Below, piece by piece: positions 31,343-42,698 of a stretch of DNA of 64,000 bases. Position 1 is the first letter of the stretch, and each line of letters starts with the position of its first letter. A program made the translations under genes and the position numbers. Source of the stretch: an uncultured Veillonellaceae bacterium (lineage in GTDB: Bacteria; Bacillota; Negativicutes; JARBTT01); assembly GCA_963805085.1 (NCBI GenBank), contig CAWDTA010000005.1:1-64000 (forward strand). Reading direction: 5' to 3'. The notes beneath the pieces are model-generated. The model saw nothing but the letters and a program-made list of their open reading frames with translations, did no database searches and was not told where the DNA came from.

Positions 31343-32176
31343 ATGTCTTTGTTTAGAAGGGCGTATGAAGTGAATATTTTTTATAAGATAGTGGAACTAT
31401 TGGTTAAGGTAATTAAATTTATGTTATTTTCACTGCTATTATTGCTGTTATCACCAATAGTTGTATTAAATTATTTTTTTATTTTATATACAGTTATTGG
31501 AGCACCACCAAATGATGAGATACAAGGTTCAAAAGGGCAAGCTCTTCATGAAGCTTTAGAAATGTCTATAAGTTCGATAAGCGTGCTTTATAAACAATTT
31601 ATGAATGAAGAAATAGCAAATAATGAGGCTATTTCTTCAAAATTTGTAAAAAGTTTAATTAGGGGAATTATTTATATTATAGCGTTGATTTTGTCCATAG
31701 GTGCTATTTTGAACATGTGTATCTCAGTGTACTATATTATAAATAAAGACAAGATATTGCAGGAGAATATTGAATTAAAACAGGAGGTTGCAAGCCTCGA
31801 AAAAAATTTTAGAGCTTACGGAAGAATTTATAATTTTAAAAGCGTAATGACTGATAAATATGATCATAAGATAGATAAAATAGAAAAGTTGATGTTTGAA
31901 TATCAAGTTGAGACAAGAAAATCAGAGGTAGTTTGCGTTGAAGTTATGGAGGAAAATAACTTCAAATTTGTAAATGAAATTGAGAAAGGCAAAGCAAAAA
32001 CTTTAGTATTTAAAAGGAATGAATACATAACTGAGATACAATTTTTAGCAGATAAAGATACCAAAATAACATTTAAAAGATATAATTCTTTTCGAGAATC
32101 TAGATTGTATGCATTTTTAAGTCCAATTATCAGGACGTCATCGCTAATGAATCCTTTTAGAAGTTTGGAAGGCTGA
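31343..32176 (+). CDS. Hypothetical membrane protein
   Basis: Two hydrophobic segments plus coiled coil; start uncertain. Confidence 0.6.
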   Translation: MSLFRRAYEVNIFYKIVELLVKVIKFMLFSLLLLLLSPIVVLNYFFILYTVIGAPPNDEIQGSKGQALHEALEMSISSISVLYKQFMNEEIANNEAISSKFVKSLIRGIIYIIALILSIGAILNMCISVYYIINKDKILQENIELKQEVASLEKNFRAYGRIYNFKSVMTDKYDHKIDKIEKLMFEYQVETRKSEVVCVEVMEENNFKFVNEIEKGKAKTLVFKRNEYITEIQFLADKDTKITFKRYNSFRESRLYAFLSPIIRTSSLMNPFRSLEG

Positions 32177-32489
32177 GGGACGGTAGGGTGTGTGAAATTC
32201 GTAAAGGTACGCATGCAGCGCACAGTGTTTAAGTCTTTCCGTATGATTAAAGCGTTTCGCGATACATTAATTCGGTAGGAAACGATAATGAGTAATAGCC
32301 CGGGAGAATACTGTAAATAGTAAAAGGCAAACTCCTGCTAAATTTTGTATGAATTTGGCAGGAGTTTTGAGCTTTTATGAGAATATGGAATTTTAATATG
32401 AAAAAAACTAACAAGACAAAACTACTGTTCCTTAGTCCGACGCAAGAATAGGATGGACTTTGTTTAAAAGTATTTCAAGAGGAGATTAT

Positions 32490-34298
32490 ATGAGTTTTAA
32501 TATCAAAAATGAAGTTTTAGAAGAGATAAGTAACTATTCTAAAATGGAGATGAAGCAAAAAAAGAGAGCAGATATGATTAGCAATGTAAGGCTTACGACC
32601 ATTATTATTGGGCTAAGTCTGGTATTGTGGTTTTGGAAAAATAATCAATCGTTTAACAGTTCATTGACATTCATATCCACCTTTTTAATGTTTAGTTTAT
32701 TTGTTAAAAAACATCAAAAATTAATTCGACAGTTAAAAAGAATAAGGTGTTTAATTGATATAAATCGGAACAATTTAGATAGAATAGGTGTCGGTTGGAG
32801 TAATTTTAGTGATGATGGCAAAGAATTTATGAATTCAAAGCATTCATTTGCGAATGATTTAGATATCTTTGGCCCGAAATCATTATTTCAATGGATTAAT
32901 ATCACCAATACATTTTATGGTAGGCAATTTCTTAGACAAATACTAGAAGAACCAGAAACTGATATCGAAAAAATAAAAATACGGCAAAATATAATCAGAA
33001 AACTAGCGAAAAAGAACGATTTCGTTCAGAGAATACAATGTGAAGGAATACTTGCAAAAGGAAGTGGGATCGATCCAAGTTCACTTGTGAACTATGCTAA
33101 AGATCCTAAATGTTTATTTAAAAAGAAATCGATAAAAGTAAGCTTAACATTAATTGCTGGAATAACCATTATGTCAATCATAGCAATTATATTAAATATT
33201 AACATTCCTATTTATGTACCAGTACTGTTGATATTAGTTCAAATGGCTATTACTTTGCTTGGATATTTAAAAACTTCATCCATATTAAATACGATTCATC
33301 AATTTAAAAAAAATATTAAGGCTTATGAAAAAATAATTAAAATAATTGAAGAAACAGAATTTGATAACTCAAAATTAACGCAAATGAAGCAGACTTTAAT
33401 ACTAAATAAAAATTCTGCATCAGCAGTTATGAAGAAATTAGAGTATATAGCTGAAGCGATTGATATGCGTTATAATTCCATAAGTTACATTATTTTAAAT
33501 TTTTTATTACTTTGGGATTATCATTGTGTTTTTGCCTTAGAAGAATGGAAAAAGAAATATGGAATTGAAATAGAAAAATGGTTTTATACAATTGGCTATT
33601 TTGAGGCTCTTTCAAGCTTATCAATGATTGCTCGATTAAATCCAGAGTGGAATTATCCAATTTTTATTGAGGATGGGATGATCTTTTCAGGAAAAGAGTT
33701 AGGACATCCTTTGATCTCAAAAGGACAACGTATTTGCAATGATATTGATATGAATAACGAAATATGTGTAATTACTGGATCAAATATGTCAGGGAAAACT
33801 ACAATGTTAAGAACGATCGGTATAAATCTTGTATTAGCTTATTCTGGTGCGCCAATTTGCGGAAGCACGTTAAAATGTTCAATTGTGGATATATTTACGT
33901 CAATGAGGATAAATGATGATTTAGGCAATGGAATATCAACTTTTTATGCAGAACTCTTAAGGATAAAAATAATGATTGATCATTTAAATAAAAAACGTAA
34001 AATGATTTTTTTGATTGATGAAATATTTAGAGGGACGAATTCAAATGATAGGATTACTGGAGCAATAAGTGTATTAAATAACCTTAATAAACCTTGGGTT
34101 ATTGGACTAATCTCCACACACGACTTTGAACTATGTAACTTAGCTGACGATCCTCATTTAAAGACTACAAATTATCATTTTAATGAAAGCTATGCAAATG
34201 ATGAGATACTTTTTGATTATAAAATGCGTCCTGGGCGGAGCAATAGTACAAATGCAAAGTACTTAATGAAGATGGTAGGAATTGATTTGATAGAGTGA
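32490..34298 (+). CDS. MutS-related ATPase with N-terminal TM helices (MutS domain V family)
   Basis: DLDIFG, GHPLI, ITGSNMSGKTT, STFYAEL, LIDEIFRGTNS, STHD. Confidence 0.9.
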   Translation: MSFNIKNEVLEEISNYSKMEMKQKKRADMISNVRLTTIIIGLSLVLWFWKNNQSFNSSLTFISTFLMFSLFVKKHQKLIRQLKRIRCLIDINRNNLDRIGVGWSNFSDDGKEFMNSKHSFANDLDIFGPKSLFQWINITNTFYGRQFLRQILEEPETDIEKIKIRQNIIRKLAKKNDFVQRIQCEGILAKGSGIDPSSLVNYAKDPKCLFKKKSIKVSLTLIAGITIMSIIAIILNINIPIYVPVLLILVQMAITLLGYLKTSSILNTIHQFKKNIKAYEKIIKIIEETEFDNSKLTQMKQTLILNKNSASAVMKKLEYIAEAIDMRYNSISYIILNFLLLWDYHCVFALEEWKKKYGIEIEKWFYTIGYFEALSSLSMIARLNPEWNYPIFIEDGMIFSGKELGHPLISKGQRICNDIDMNNEICVITGSNMSGKTTMLRTIGINLVLAYSGAPICGSTLKCSIVDIFTSMRINDDLGNGISTFYAELLRIKIMIDHLNKKRKMIFLIDEIFRGTNSNDRITGAISVLNNLNKPWVIGLISTHDFELCNLADDPHLKTTNYHFNESYANDEILFDYKMRPGRSNSTNAKYLMKMVGIDLIE

Positions 34299-34364
34299 AG
34301 TTTTCTTAACAAAAAATTATAATAATCAATGATAATCAATGATAATAGGTTAGAGGTGGCATGA

Positions 34365-34991
34365 GTGAATAAGGATGAAACAAGAGAGTTTTATGATGCA
34401 ATGGCTGAAAAAATGGCTAAAGAATGGTATGAAAATGATATTTTAAATCCATCCCTTGTAGAATTCATTGGGGTATTTAAAAAGAAGAAACCTAAAATTC
34501 TAGATTTAGGATGTGGAACAGGTCACGAAAGTATGCGAATGGCAAAGCTAGGAGCAGCTGTTTTGGGAATAGATTTCAGCAAAGAAAATATTAAATTAGC
34601 AAACAAAACGTTTAAAGATGGTCAATTTAAGTTAATGGATTTTAGAAACATTGATTCTAATATTGGAATGTTTGACGGTGTATTGGCCTGTGCAGCATTA
34701 GTACATGTAAACAGCGCAGACCTACCGGATCTTTTAAAAAGAATAGCTAATATTCTAAATGACAATGGATATTTAGGAATTATCATCAGAGAAGGAACAG
34801 GTATTGATGAAGAATGGAGTAAAGTAAAACTTGATGAAAAAGAATTTATAAGACCGTTTTATTTACATGAAAAAAATAGTATTGATAAAATTTTATTTGA
34901 GCAAAACGTCTTTTTTTCAAAAGAGGGCTATTTAGCTGAAGACTTTATTAAATATCAATGGAAGTTTTATATATATCATAAACAGAGATGA
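34365..34991 (+). CDS. Class I SAM-dependent methyltransferase
   Basis: ILDLGCGTG, GIDFS, FDGVLACAALVH. Confidence 0.9.
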   Translation: MNKDETREFYDAMAEKMAKEWYENDILNPSLVEFIGVFKKKKPKILDLGCGTGHESMRMAKLGAAVLGIDFSKENIKLANKTFKDGQFKLMDFRNIDSNIGMFDGVLACAALVHVNSADLPDLLKRIANILNDNGYLGIIIREGTGIDEEWSKVKLDEKEFIRPFYLHEKNSIDKILFEQNVFFSKEGYLAEDFIKYQWKFYIYHKQR

Positions 34992-35059
34992 GTATCACAA
35001 AAGCAAAATGAGACGGAAAAGGTGATTCTTTTTAGTGGAATTTTATCTTCTATTTTCAA

Positions 35060-35629
35060 TTGAAAGAAGTGATGAACTTTGCAATCAATAGTGAGTTCAT
35101 CTTGGAAAATATCTTTACGTTAGAACCCAATAAGTTTGAAAAGTGCGATGGAATTTGGATGAGTTTTACGATGGCGTATATGGAAAATCCCAATTTATTT
35201 ATTTCAAATTGGGTAAAGTCTTTAAATTGTAATGGATGGTTTGCTATTGCAGATATTGATGGATTATTTTCTAATCATTTACATAAAAATAGTAAGTATT
35301 TTAATGACATTGAATTGTTTGAAAAAGAATCGGAGTTGAGTTGTTATGACTTCAGAATCGGAAGAAAAATAAGAAACATAATGAAAGACAATGGAATGGA
35401 AATAATAGCTGCTGAAGATGATTGATATGATAGAGAATTAAATTTTAATGGAAAGGCTTCCCCGGATATACTAGAAGCGTGGAGAAGTAGATTAGACTGA
35501 ATGATAAAGTTAAAACAATTTCTTGGGTCAAACTACATTGAATTTAGTAAAGAATTTCTAACGTCAATTCTAGATGAAAAACATAGATCAAATGGTGGAG
35601 TAAAGTTTTATGTAGGTATAAAAAAATAG
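35060..35629 (+). pseudogene. 5'-truncated methyltransferase-like pseudogene
   Basis: DGIWMSFTMAY...GWFAIADID; frame continues through two internal TGA codons to TAG at 35627; SAM-binding motif I missing. Confidence 0.6.
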
Positions 35630-35630
35630 T

Positions 35631-35748
35631 AGACAAAGTGACGGTTCTTCTTGTCTGAAAATTAAATGAGCATGATAATCTGAGAGAAAAAGAAGCGGAT
35701 TATCATGCCAAGACAGCAATGAGATATAAGTAATACTGGGGATTATTT
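35631..35748 (+). mobile_element. REP plus RAYT 5' stub
   Basis: AGACAAAGTGACGGTTCTTCTTGTCT, shared leader, ATGCCAAGACAGCAATGA. Confidence 0.8.
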
Positions 35749-35859
35749 TACAAAAAATAACTAAAATGCTTCCTGATTTTAGGTAATTATGATAAGCTAA
35801 TAGGAGAAGTTTGCATGTAAATACTATTAATAATACAAAAGGAAAAAGGAGCGTGAGTT

Positions 35860-36990
35860 ATGCAGACATTTAAAGATTTACAAAAAAAAATACTGGAAGC
35901 ATCAGCGTCAGACCACGAAAGTGAGACTTCTCTAAAAAACCTATTCGAGGATTTTGATAAAAGCGAATTAAATTGTCTTTTCACTCCCGAAATCCACCCG
36001 GTCTTCTGGAATTTGGAAGCCTGCGTGAACAGAGCAAATGAGAACGATTTGAAAATTTCCAAAGATGTGCTGGCTTGTATGGAATCGTTGCATGGCAAAA
36101 AAAAGCTGGCTTATGCACTCATTGCCCCGGCCTTTATCGGTCAATTTAGCGATCAAGTCACCCCGGGGATGCTTCGCAACGCTTTTAAACAAATGGGCTT
36201 TGACGGCATGGTCGAGGTTGCTGTTTTTGCTGACATTCTAACGCTGAAAGAAGCGCTGGAATTTGATCAAAACATTATTTCAGAAAAAGATTACCAGTTA
36301 ACGAGCTGCTGCTGTCCGATGTGGATTGCAATGATTCGCAAAGTATACAGCGACTTGATGCCTCACGTACCAGCAACCGTATCACCGATGATCGCGGCAG
36401 GACGTACAGTAAAAATCCTTCATCCAGATGCCGTCACAGTTTTCATTGGTCCCTGCGTCGCAAAGAAAGCAGAAGCAAAAGAGGCTGACCTACAGGGAGC
36501 CATCGATCATGTACTGACATTTCAGGAAACCAAGGAGTTATTTGATCTGCTTAAAGTGGATTTAACACTTTTTGCCGCCAACGAAAAAGAAAATTCTTCC
36601 AAAGCCGGACGAATTTACGCCCGGGTGGGCGGTGTCAGTGAAGCCGTAAAAGATACAGTCGAGCGCCTAAATCCAAACAGAAAAATTGCTATCAAAACAC
36701 GTCAAGCCGATGGTGTGCCAGATTGCAAAGCCATGATTAACGAGTTAATAGCCGGTCAGATAACAGACAACTTTTTTGAAGGCATGGGCTGCATAGGCGG
36801 CTGTGTCGGTGGACCCAAATCCATTCTTGACAGAGATACCGCAAAAGAGAACATCAATACTTATGGTGGAAAAGCCCTCTATCCAACTCCGATTGACAAT
36901 CCTTACGTAATTGAACTACTGCACCGACTTGGTTTTGATACACCAGAAAGCCTGATTGAGGATAATAAGTTTTTTACCCGGAAATTTTAA
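35860..36990 (+). CDS. [FeFe]-hydrogenase, H-cluster domain only (TSCCCP type)
   Basis: L1 TSCCCPMW, L2 GPCVAKKAE, L3 EGMGCIGGCVGG; no ferredoxin CxxCxxCxxxC motif. Confidence 0.8.
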   Translation: MQTFKDLQKKILEASASDHESETSLKNLFEDFDKSELNCLFTPEIHPVFWNLEACVNRANENDLKISKDVLACMESLHGKKKLAYALIAPAFIGQFSDQVTPGMLRNAFKQMGFDGMVEVAVFADILTLKEALEFDQNIISEKDYQLTSCCCPMWIAMIRKVYSDLMPHVPATVSPMIAAGRTVKILHPDAVTVFIGPCVAKKAEAKEADLQGAIDHVLTFQETKELFDLLKVDLTLFAANEKENSSKAGRIYARVGGVSEAVKDTVERLNPNRKIAIKTRQADGVPDCKAMINELIAGQITDNFFEGMGCIGGCVGGPKSILDRDTAKENINTYGGKALYPTPIDNPYVIELLHRLGFDTPESLIEDNKFFTRKF

Positions 36991-37054
36991 AAATCTACTG
37001 CACGCCACTCCTTTGTCTTTTAAAAGTGAACGACAAAAGACAAAGTGACGGTTT

Positions 37055-37263
37055 GGAAGTTGCGTTATATAATCTTTCCCTGGTTGGTCATCTCACTGAA
37101 ATAGCTGACGACATTTCATTAGAAGAGTATATAGACATTACCTATGCGAAATTAGACACGGAATTATTAGAGATGGGAATCAAACCTAGGAGACTGGTTT
37201 GTTTAAAGTTCGATTTGAAATATATCATAGACAGAGGCTCGACTAGCAGCTAGTTGAGCCTTT
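37055..37263 (+). repeat. 5'-truncated copy of the 107-aa ORF with shortened hairpin, preceded by a REP half (37038-37054)
   Basis: YNLSLVGHLTEIADDISLEEYIDITYAKLDTELLEMGIKP; GGCTCGACTAGCAGCTAGTTGAGCC. Confidence 0.85.
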
Positions 37264-37599
37264 AAAAAAGTTCTTGCTAAGTTTACATTACTATGTAATT
37301 TAGCAAGAACTTTTTTTATTAATCAATGTTAAACATAACAATTAAAATCACACTTGTTTGTATAGCTCTTAAAATCGACTAACTTCACCGTTTTGTTATT
37401 TTAAGCGGCTACTATAATGGAAGCATATCAATGCCACCGATATCCCTTGGATTAAAATAAAAAAATTTTTTTACAATAAATAGTTGTTTTTTTCCATTGC
37501 TAATGAATGTATATAAATAGAGCCGATATACAGGTTGTTGTAAATGGAAATCACCAGTACATCGGACTATTCAAAATTATTTTTAAGGGGGAATTGTTT

Positions 37600-38529
37600 A
37601 TGAGTACGAGTACAACGTCTAATTTCACGGCGAATTCGTCGCCAACCTGGCATGTTGATGCCAGATGTTTCTTTAGAGAGCGCGGGGTGTCTGGCGCATT
37701 TGATCAAGTCGCCGTCAAAGATCCCAGTATTGTTTACTCTGGCGGGCTATATCATCTCTTCTATACCGGTGCTACCAGTGCTGGTGCCTGGCAGATGGGA
37801 TATGCCTCCGCTGCGACTATCTCGGGATTAAGTAGCGCCAAGCATGTGTTTCTTAGCAAGCTTAGTGAAAGCTATTTTTGTGCTCCCGAAGTATTTTATT
37901 ATCAACCACAAAGTAAATGGTACATGATTTACCAAGACGGTAAAATCGGCGCGGCTTACGCTACCACGACCAATATCGCCGATCCTACCTCTTGGTCCGG
38001 GCCGCATTCACTAGGTGTTTCAGGAAATACAGGGTGGGATTATTATGTTATTTGTGATGACAAATATGCCTACCTTTTCAATACACCATCGGATGATTCC
38101 AAAAAAATCTATTGCCGTAAAACAACTTTGGCTAACTTTCCGAACGGTTGGGGCACGCCTTGGGTTGCGGTTTCCAACGCTTATGAAGGAGCATGCGTTT
38201 ATAAATGTCTGTCGGACAGCCAATATTATTTGCTGGTTGAAAATTATGGGGATAATCGGTTTTACGAATTGTGGACGTCCGGCAGCTTAAGCGGCACTTG
38301 GACCCAAGTCGCCAATAAATGGGCATCCCAACACAATTTGAGTTTCAATTCGGATCACTGGACGGATAATGTTTCCCACGGCGAATTGCTTCGCGCTGGA
38401 ACGAATCAAAAATTAGAGATCAGCAATATTAATCGCGTGGACTTCCTCATACAAGGCGTAGTTAACGGCAACTATGGTGAGTATGTGAACACTCCCTGGG
38501 ATCTGGGCGTCATCCACAATTATAAATAA
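37600..38529 (+). CDS. GH62 alpha-L-arabinofuranosidase, no signal peptide
   Basis: VAVKDPS, WDYYVICD, YEGACVYK, VSHGELLR. Confidence 0.88.
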   Translation: MSTSTTSNFTANSSPTWHVDARCFFRERGVSGAFDQVAVKDPSIVYSGGLYHLFYTGATSAGAWQMGYASAATISGLSSAKHVFLSKLSESYFCAPEVFYYQPQSKWYMIYQDGKIGAAYATTTNIADPTSWSGPHSLGVSGNTGWDYYVICDDKYAYLFNTPSDDSKKIYCRKTTLANFPNGWGTPWVAVSNAYEGACVYKCLSDSQYYLLVENYGDNRFYELWTSGSLSGTWTQVANKWASQHNLSFNSDHWTDNVSHGELLRAGTNQKLEISNINRVDFLIQGVVNGNYGEYVNTPWDLGVIHNYK

Positions 38530-38770
38530 TATATCTTACACTATACAATTATCGGAAGAGTCGTACCGATAGAGAATAGTAGGAGTGAATCCGATATACG
38601 GGAAATACACAATTAAGGTAAATAGAAGAGTTCTTTGGGTATATCGGTTTTAAAAAGTATTAAAAATTGAGGAGAAAATCTGATGGGAACAGATGCCAAT
38701 ATAAATTTGACGTCCCTAAGAAATCGTAAACAGCTTGAATATTGTTACCGATATGAAAGAGGTGAAACTT

Positions 38771-39550
38771 ATGACTATTAAATTAGAAAAGAAATCAAGC
38801 TCTTCAGTCAACGAATTAATGATTAATTCAGCCGCTGAAGTAGAAAATGCTAACGTTTCAGAATCTATTGCCTTGTCAGCAAATAGTAGTTATAAAATTC
38901 CTGTTTTGTGTTATCACACCATTGTTACAACTACAACAGGAACTTACCAAACAGGCTTGACAAGTTTTAAAGAACAAATGGCTTACCTTTATAGCAATAA
39001 CTATACCACACTTTCTCTTGAACAATTCCGAAAAATAATTAACTCCGAGACCACCGTTCCTAGCAAACCAATATTATTGACCTTTGATGATTGTTACTCT
39101 GATTTTTATAGCATTGTATACCCAATATTAAAAAAATATGGCATGAAAGCGACTCAATTTGCGGTAAGTAACTGGGTTGGCGCTTCCGGTCGAATGACAA
39201 AGTCCCAGATTAATGAAATAGCGCAAAATAATATTGATGTTCAAAATCATACTGATAATCATTCATATCTTACTCAACAAACCTATGCCCAACAATACGC
39301 CGCTATCAATAACGCTGCAGTCGCAATTAAATCACTCACAGGTAAATCTGTTACCGCTTTGGCTTACCCTTACGGTGCTTATGATAACAACTCATTAACG
39401 GTTTTGGCAAACTTAAGCTATACAATGGGGTTTACTGTTAGCTCCGGATTGTGTACAAGTTCCAATACAAAATACAAATTGCCGCGGATTTGTATGATTG
39501 ATACCGATACATTAACTACTTTTAAAAGAAAAATTACCAACGGATATTAA
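38771..39550 (+). CDS. CE4 polysaccharide deacetylase
   Basis: IPVLCYH, LTFDD, QNHTDNH, AYPYG, LPRI. Confidence 0.88.
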   Translation: MTIKLEKKSSSSVNELMINSAAEVENANVSESIALSANSSYKIPVLCYHTIVTTTTGTYQTGLTSFKEQMAYLYSNNYTTLSLEQFRKIINSETTVPSKPILLTFDDCYSDFYSIVYPILKKYGMKATQFAVSNWVGASGRMTKSQINEIAQNNIDVQNHTDNHSYLTQQTYAQQYAAINNAAVAIKSLTGKSVTALAYPYGAYDNNSLTVLANLSYTMGFTVSSGLCTSSNTKYKLPRICMIDTDTLTTFKRKITNGY

Positions 39551-39801
39551 TCGCACAACAGGTGCTAGCATCGTAATAATCGCTTCGTATTCTTCAGAAC
39601 GAATCTATAATTTCACATCATTAAGGGCTGTTTTATTTCCACTGCTATACACCCGCCATGTTCACGGGATATGACACAGAATAAGTTATGTACTGCAAGG
39701 AGAAAAAACGACAAAAATGAGAGGGAGAGATTTATAGAAGGCAATATTCAAGTAGTATGTGGGTAATTAGTGACAAATAAAAATATATTAGGAGGTAAAT
39801 C

Positions 39802-40443
39802 ATGTTTAAGTTAAATAAGAAAATCTTGATGGTAGTTATTGCAATTTCAATGGGTTTTACCAGCTTGTTTACAGGAACATCATATGCAGCAACAACAGAC
39901 TACTGGCAAAATTGGACCGATGGTGGTGGGACAGTAAATGCTACCAATGGATCTGGTGGCAATTACAGTGTTTCATGGTCAAATTGCGGGAATTTTGTTG
40001 TCGGTAAAGGCTGGAATGTCGGATCACCATCTAGGGTAATAAACTACAATGCTGGCGCCTTTTCGCCGTCCGGCAATGGGTATTTGGCTCTCTATGGGTG
40101 GACGAGAAACTCACTCATAGAATACTACGTTGTTGATAGCTGGGGTACTTATAGACCTACTGGAACTTATAAGGGCACTGTGACTAGTGATGGGGGGACA
40201 TATGACATATATACGACTACACGAACTAACGCACCTTCCATTGACGGAACTGCAACTTTTACCCAGTTCTGGAGTGTAAGACAGTCGAAGAGACCGACCG
40301 GTACCACCAACACCATTACTTTTAGCAACCACGTTAACGCATGGAAGAGTAAAGGGATGAATCTGGGAAGTAGCTGGTCTTACCAGATATTAGCGACAGA
40401 GGGATATCAAAGTAGTGGGTACTCTAATGTAACGGTCTGGTAA
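39802..40443 (+). CDS. xynA: GH11 endo-1,4-beta-xylanase
   Basis: Signal peptide; [28 protein letters not shown]; Bacillus XynA-like. Confidence 0.95.
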   Translation: MFKLNKKILMVVIAISMGFTSLFTGTSYAATTDYWQNWTDGGGTVNATNGSGGNYSVSWSNCGNFVVGKGWNVGSPSRVINYNAGAFSPSGNGYLALYGWTRNSLIEYYVVDSWGTYRPTGTYKGTVTSDGGTYDIYTTTRTNAPSIDGTATFTQFWSVRQSKRPTGTTNTITFSNHVNAWKSKGMNLGSSWSYQILATEGYQSSGYSNVTVW

Positions 40444-40640
40444 CAGGTCACCCGCAAACAGGGCGCCTGACCGTTATCGGAATATTGATTACTGGCAGTT
40501 TACAGCAAATAGTACCTTAAGTTAAAAAATGATTTAAAATCCATAGTAAACAACCTATTATCCCAAAATAAGAAGTAATAGACTTGATTACTAATAGTAG
40601 TAATCAAATCAATAAAAAAATGTAACGGAGGTTTATAAAC

Positions 40641-41534
40641 ATGTTAAATACGAGTAAAAGTAAGACTAAATGGATTGGAAATATATGGTATGATGGGAGT
40701 ACACCTACTCACTTTGCTGACTATTGGAACCAAATAACCCCTGAAAATGCCACTAAGTGGGCGTCATGTGAACCACAGCAGAGTGTATACAATTTCAATA
40801 CAGCCAAAACAATGTACAATTACTGTAAGTCCAATGGAATGCCTTTCAAGTTCCATACATTAATCTGGGGAGGACAGTATCCAGATTGGGTAAACAATCT
40901 CTCCTCCGCAAATAGAAAAATAGAAGTTGAAAATTGGATTAAAAACGCTGGATCAAACTTTCCTAAGGCAGAGTTTGTTGATGTTGTAAACGAAGCTATG
41001 ACAGGGCATAATCCACCTAGCTGGAAAAATGACATCGGTGGTGACAACGGTCTTTATGGCACTGGTTGGGATTGGATAGTGTGGTCATTTGAAAAAGCCC
41101 GCAAATATTTCCCGAATTCTAAGTTATTGATCAATGACTATAACGTTCTTTCAGATTACAGCAGTTGTATTGATACCTATATCACTGTAATCAAAATATT
41201 GAAATCTAGAGGACTGATTGATGGTATCGGCTGTCAATCTCACGGTCTCGAAAATGTAAATGTCGCAAATGTTAAGTCAAAACTGGATAGACTTGCAGCT
41301 ACAGGGTTATCAGTGTATATTTCAGAATTAGATCTCAATATCGCAGATGATACTACCCAGAAAAATAAGATGCAGGAACTTTTCCCTGTACTCTATGAAC
41401 ATTCTGCAGTAAAAGGTGTTACCTTATGGGGTTATGTACAAGGCCATACATGGGTTACAAATAGTTATCTGTTGCGTAGTAACGGTACAGAAAGGCCTGC
41501 TCTTACTTGGTTGAAGCAGTATAATAAAAGCTAA
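40641..41534 (+). CDS. GH10 endo-xylanase, no signal peptide
   Basis: WNQITPENATKW, KFHTLIWG, DVVNEA, YISELD. Confidence 0.9.
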   Translation: MLNTSKSKTKWIGNIWYDGSTPTHFADYWNQITPENATKWASCEPQQSVYNFNTAKTMYNYCKSNGMPFKFHTLIWGGQYPDWVNNLSSANRKIEVENWIKNAGSNFPKAEFVDVVNEAMTGHNPPSWKNDIGGDNGLYGTGWDWIVWSFEKARKYFPNSKLLINDYNVLSDYSSCIDTYITVIKILKSRGLIDGIGCQSHGLENVNVANVKSKLDRLAATGLSVYISELDLNIADDTTQKNKMQELFPVLYEHSAVKGVTLWGYVQGHTWVTNSYLLRSNGTERPALTWLKQYNKS

Positions 41535-41992
41535 TGCATGAGGATAAAAGTGACAGGAAGAGACGTTTCTTTTTTTGATACATATTACCATGAAAGAAGA
41601 TTTGCAGCTGCCTACGAATTAGGAAATATAAAAGCATTTAGCAAAACGAAAAAACTATCTGATTTCGGATTTTTATTTGCTCTTCAATCATTTGTATGTA
41701 TTGATTGATTTTAGCCGCTTGCCAATTAGGTGGGCGGCTTTATTTAGTGACAAGAGGTGATAAAATATGAGTATAATAGAATGAGTTATAGAGAAGTACA
41801 TAAAAAATACTGATGCAGAAATAAATTTTTTCATGGGATAAAAAGTATAGGACAAGTATCTAAGGATCATAAGGAATTTGAAAAGAGCTGTGAATATCTT
41901 ATTTCAATTATTTCTTTAAGTGGAGAGTATCACTAACTGGATAATAAGGGATGTTTTTTTTACAAGATAACCATGTTATGAAAGGATATTTT

Positions 41993-42568
41993 ATGAGCAA
42001 AGAGTTAGCAGAAATGACAAATGAGGAACTTTGGCAGTTATTTCCGATTATTTTAAGTGAACACAACCCTGTTTGGAAAGAAAAATATTTAGAAGAAAAA
42101 GCCTTGTTAGAAAATGTTGTGGGTAAAGAAAATATAGTTAGAGTGAACCATTATGGCAGTACTTCTGTTCCTAACTTAATTGCAAAACCTACAGTTGATA
42201 TTTTACTCGAAATAAAAGAAAACTGTGATATTGAAAAGTTGATTAAAGCTATGACTTCAAAAGGCTACATATACTGTGAGCAACCGGATAATCCTGCTCC
42301 GCACATGATGTTTATGAAAGGGTATACACTGCAAGGTTTTCAAGGACAAGCTTTCCATGTTCATGTAAGGTATCGCGGAGATTGGGATGAACTTTATTTT
42401 CGGGATTATTTAATAGAGCATTCTGAAATTGCCGATAAATATGGCAGGCTTAAAATGGAATTAGGCAAAGAATACGAGCATGATCGAGATGGTTATACGC
42501 AGTCAAAAACTGATTTTATTAAAATGATGACCAAATTAGCACGAGAAGAAATTGGCAGGAAGTACTAA
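41993..42568 (+). CDS. GrpB/UPF0157 nucleotidyltransferase-fold protein
   Basis: HYGSTSVPNLIAKPTVDI, FRDYL, YTQSKTDFI. Confidence 0.88.
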   Translation: MSKELAEMTNEELWQLFPIILSEHNPVWKEKYLEEKALLENVVGKENIVRVNHYGSTSVPNLIAKPTVDILLEIKENCDIEKLIKAMTSKGYIYCEQPDNPAPHMMFMKGYTLQGFQGQAFHVHVRYRGDWDELYFRDYLIEHSEIADKYGRLKMELGKEYEHDRDGYTQSKTDFIKMMTKLAREEIGRKY

Positions 42569-42698
42569 GAATAAATCTGATTAAGTAAAACCAATTTGAG
42601 CTGTCCCCTTGTTTCCTAGTAGGCCAAAACAGGCTAAAGGTCTCATGGAATATAACAATAAAATGTACAATTATTCTTTTGTAGAATGAAATGGAGTT

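Noticed and set aside
32320-32372. c-di-GMP-I riboswitch suggested by AAAGGCAAAC
   Set aside because: No downstream GACGCAAA or second stem; it is a simple hairpin overlapping a sigmaH-like GCAGGA...GAAT promoter.
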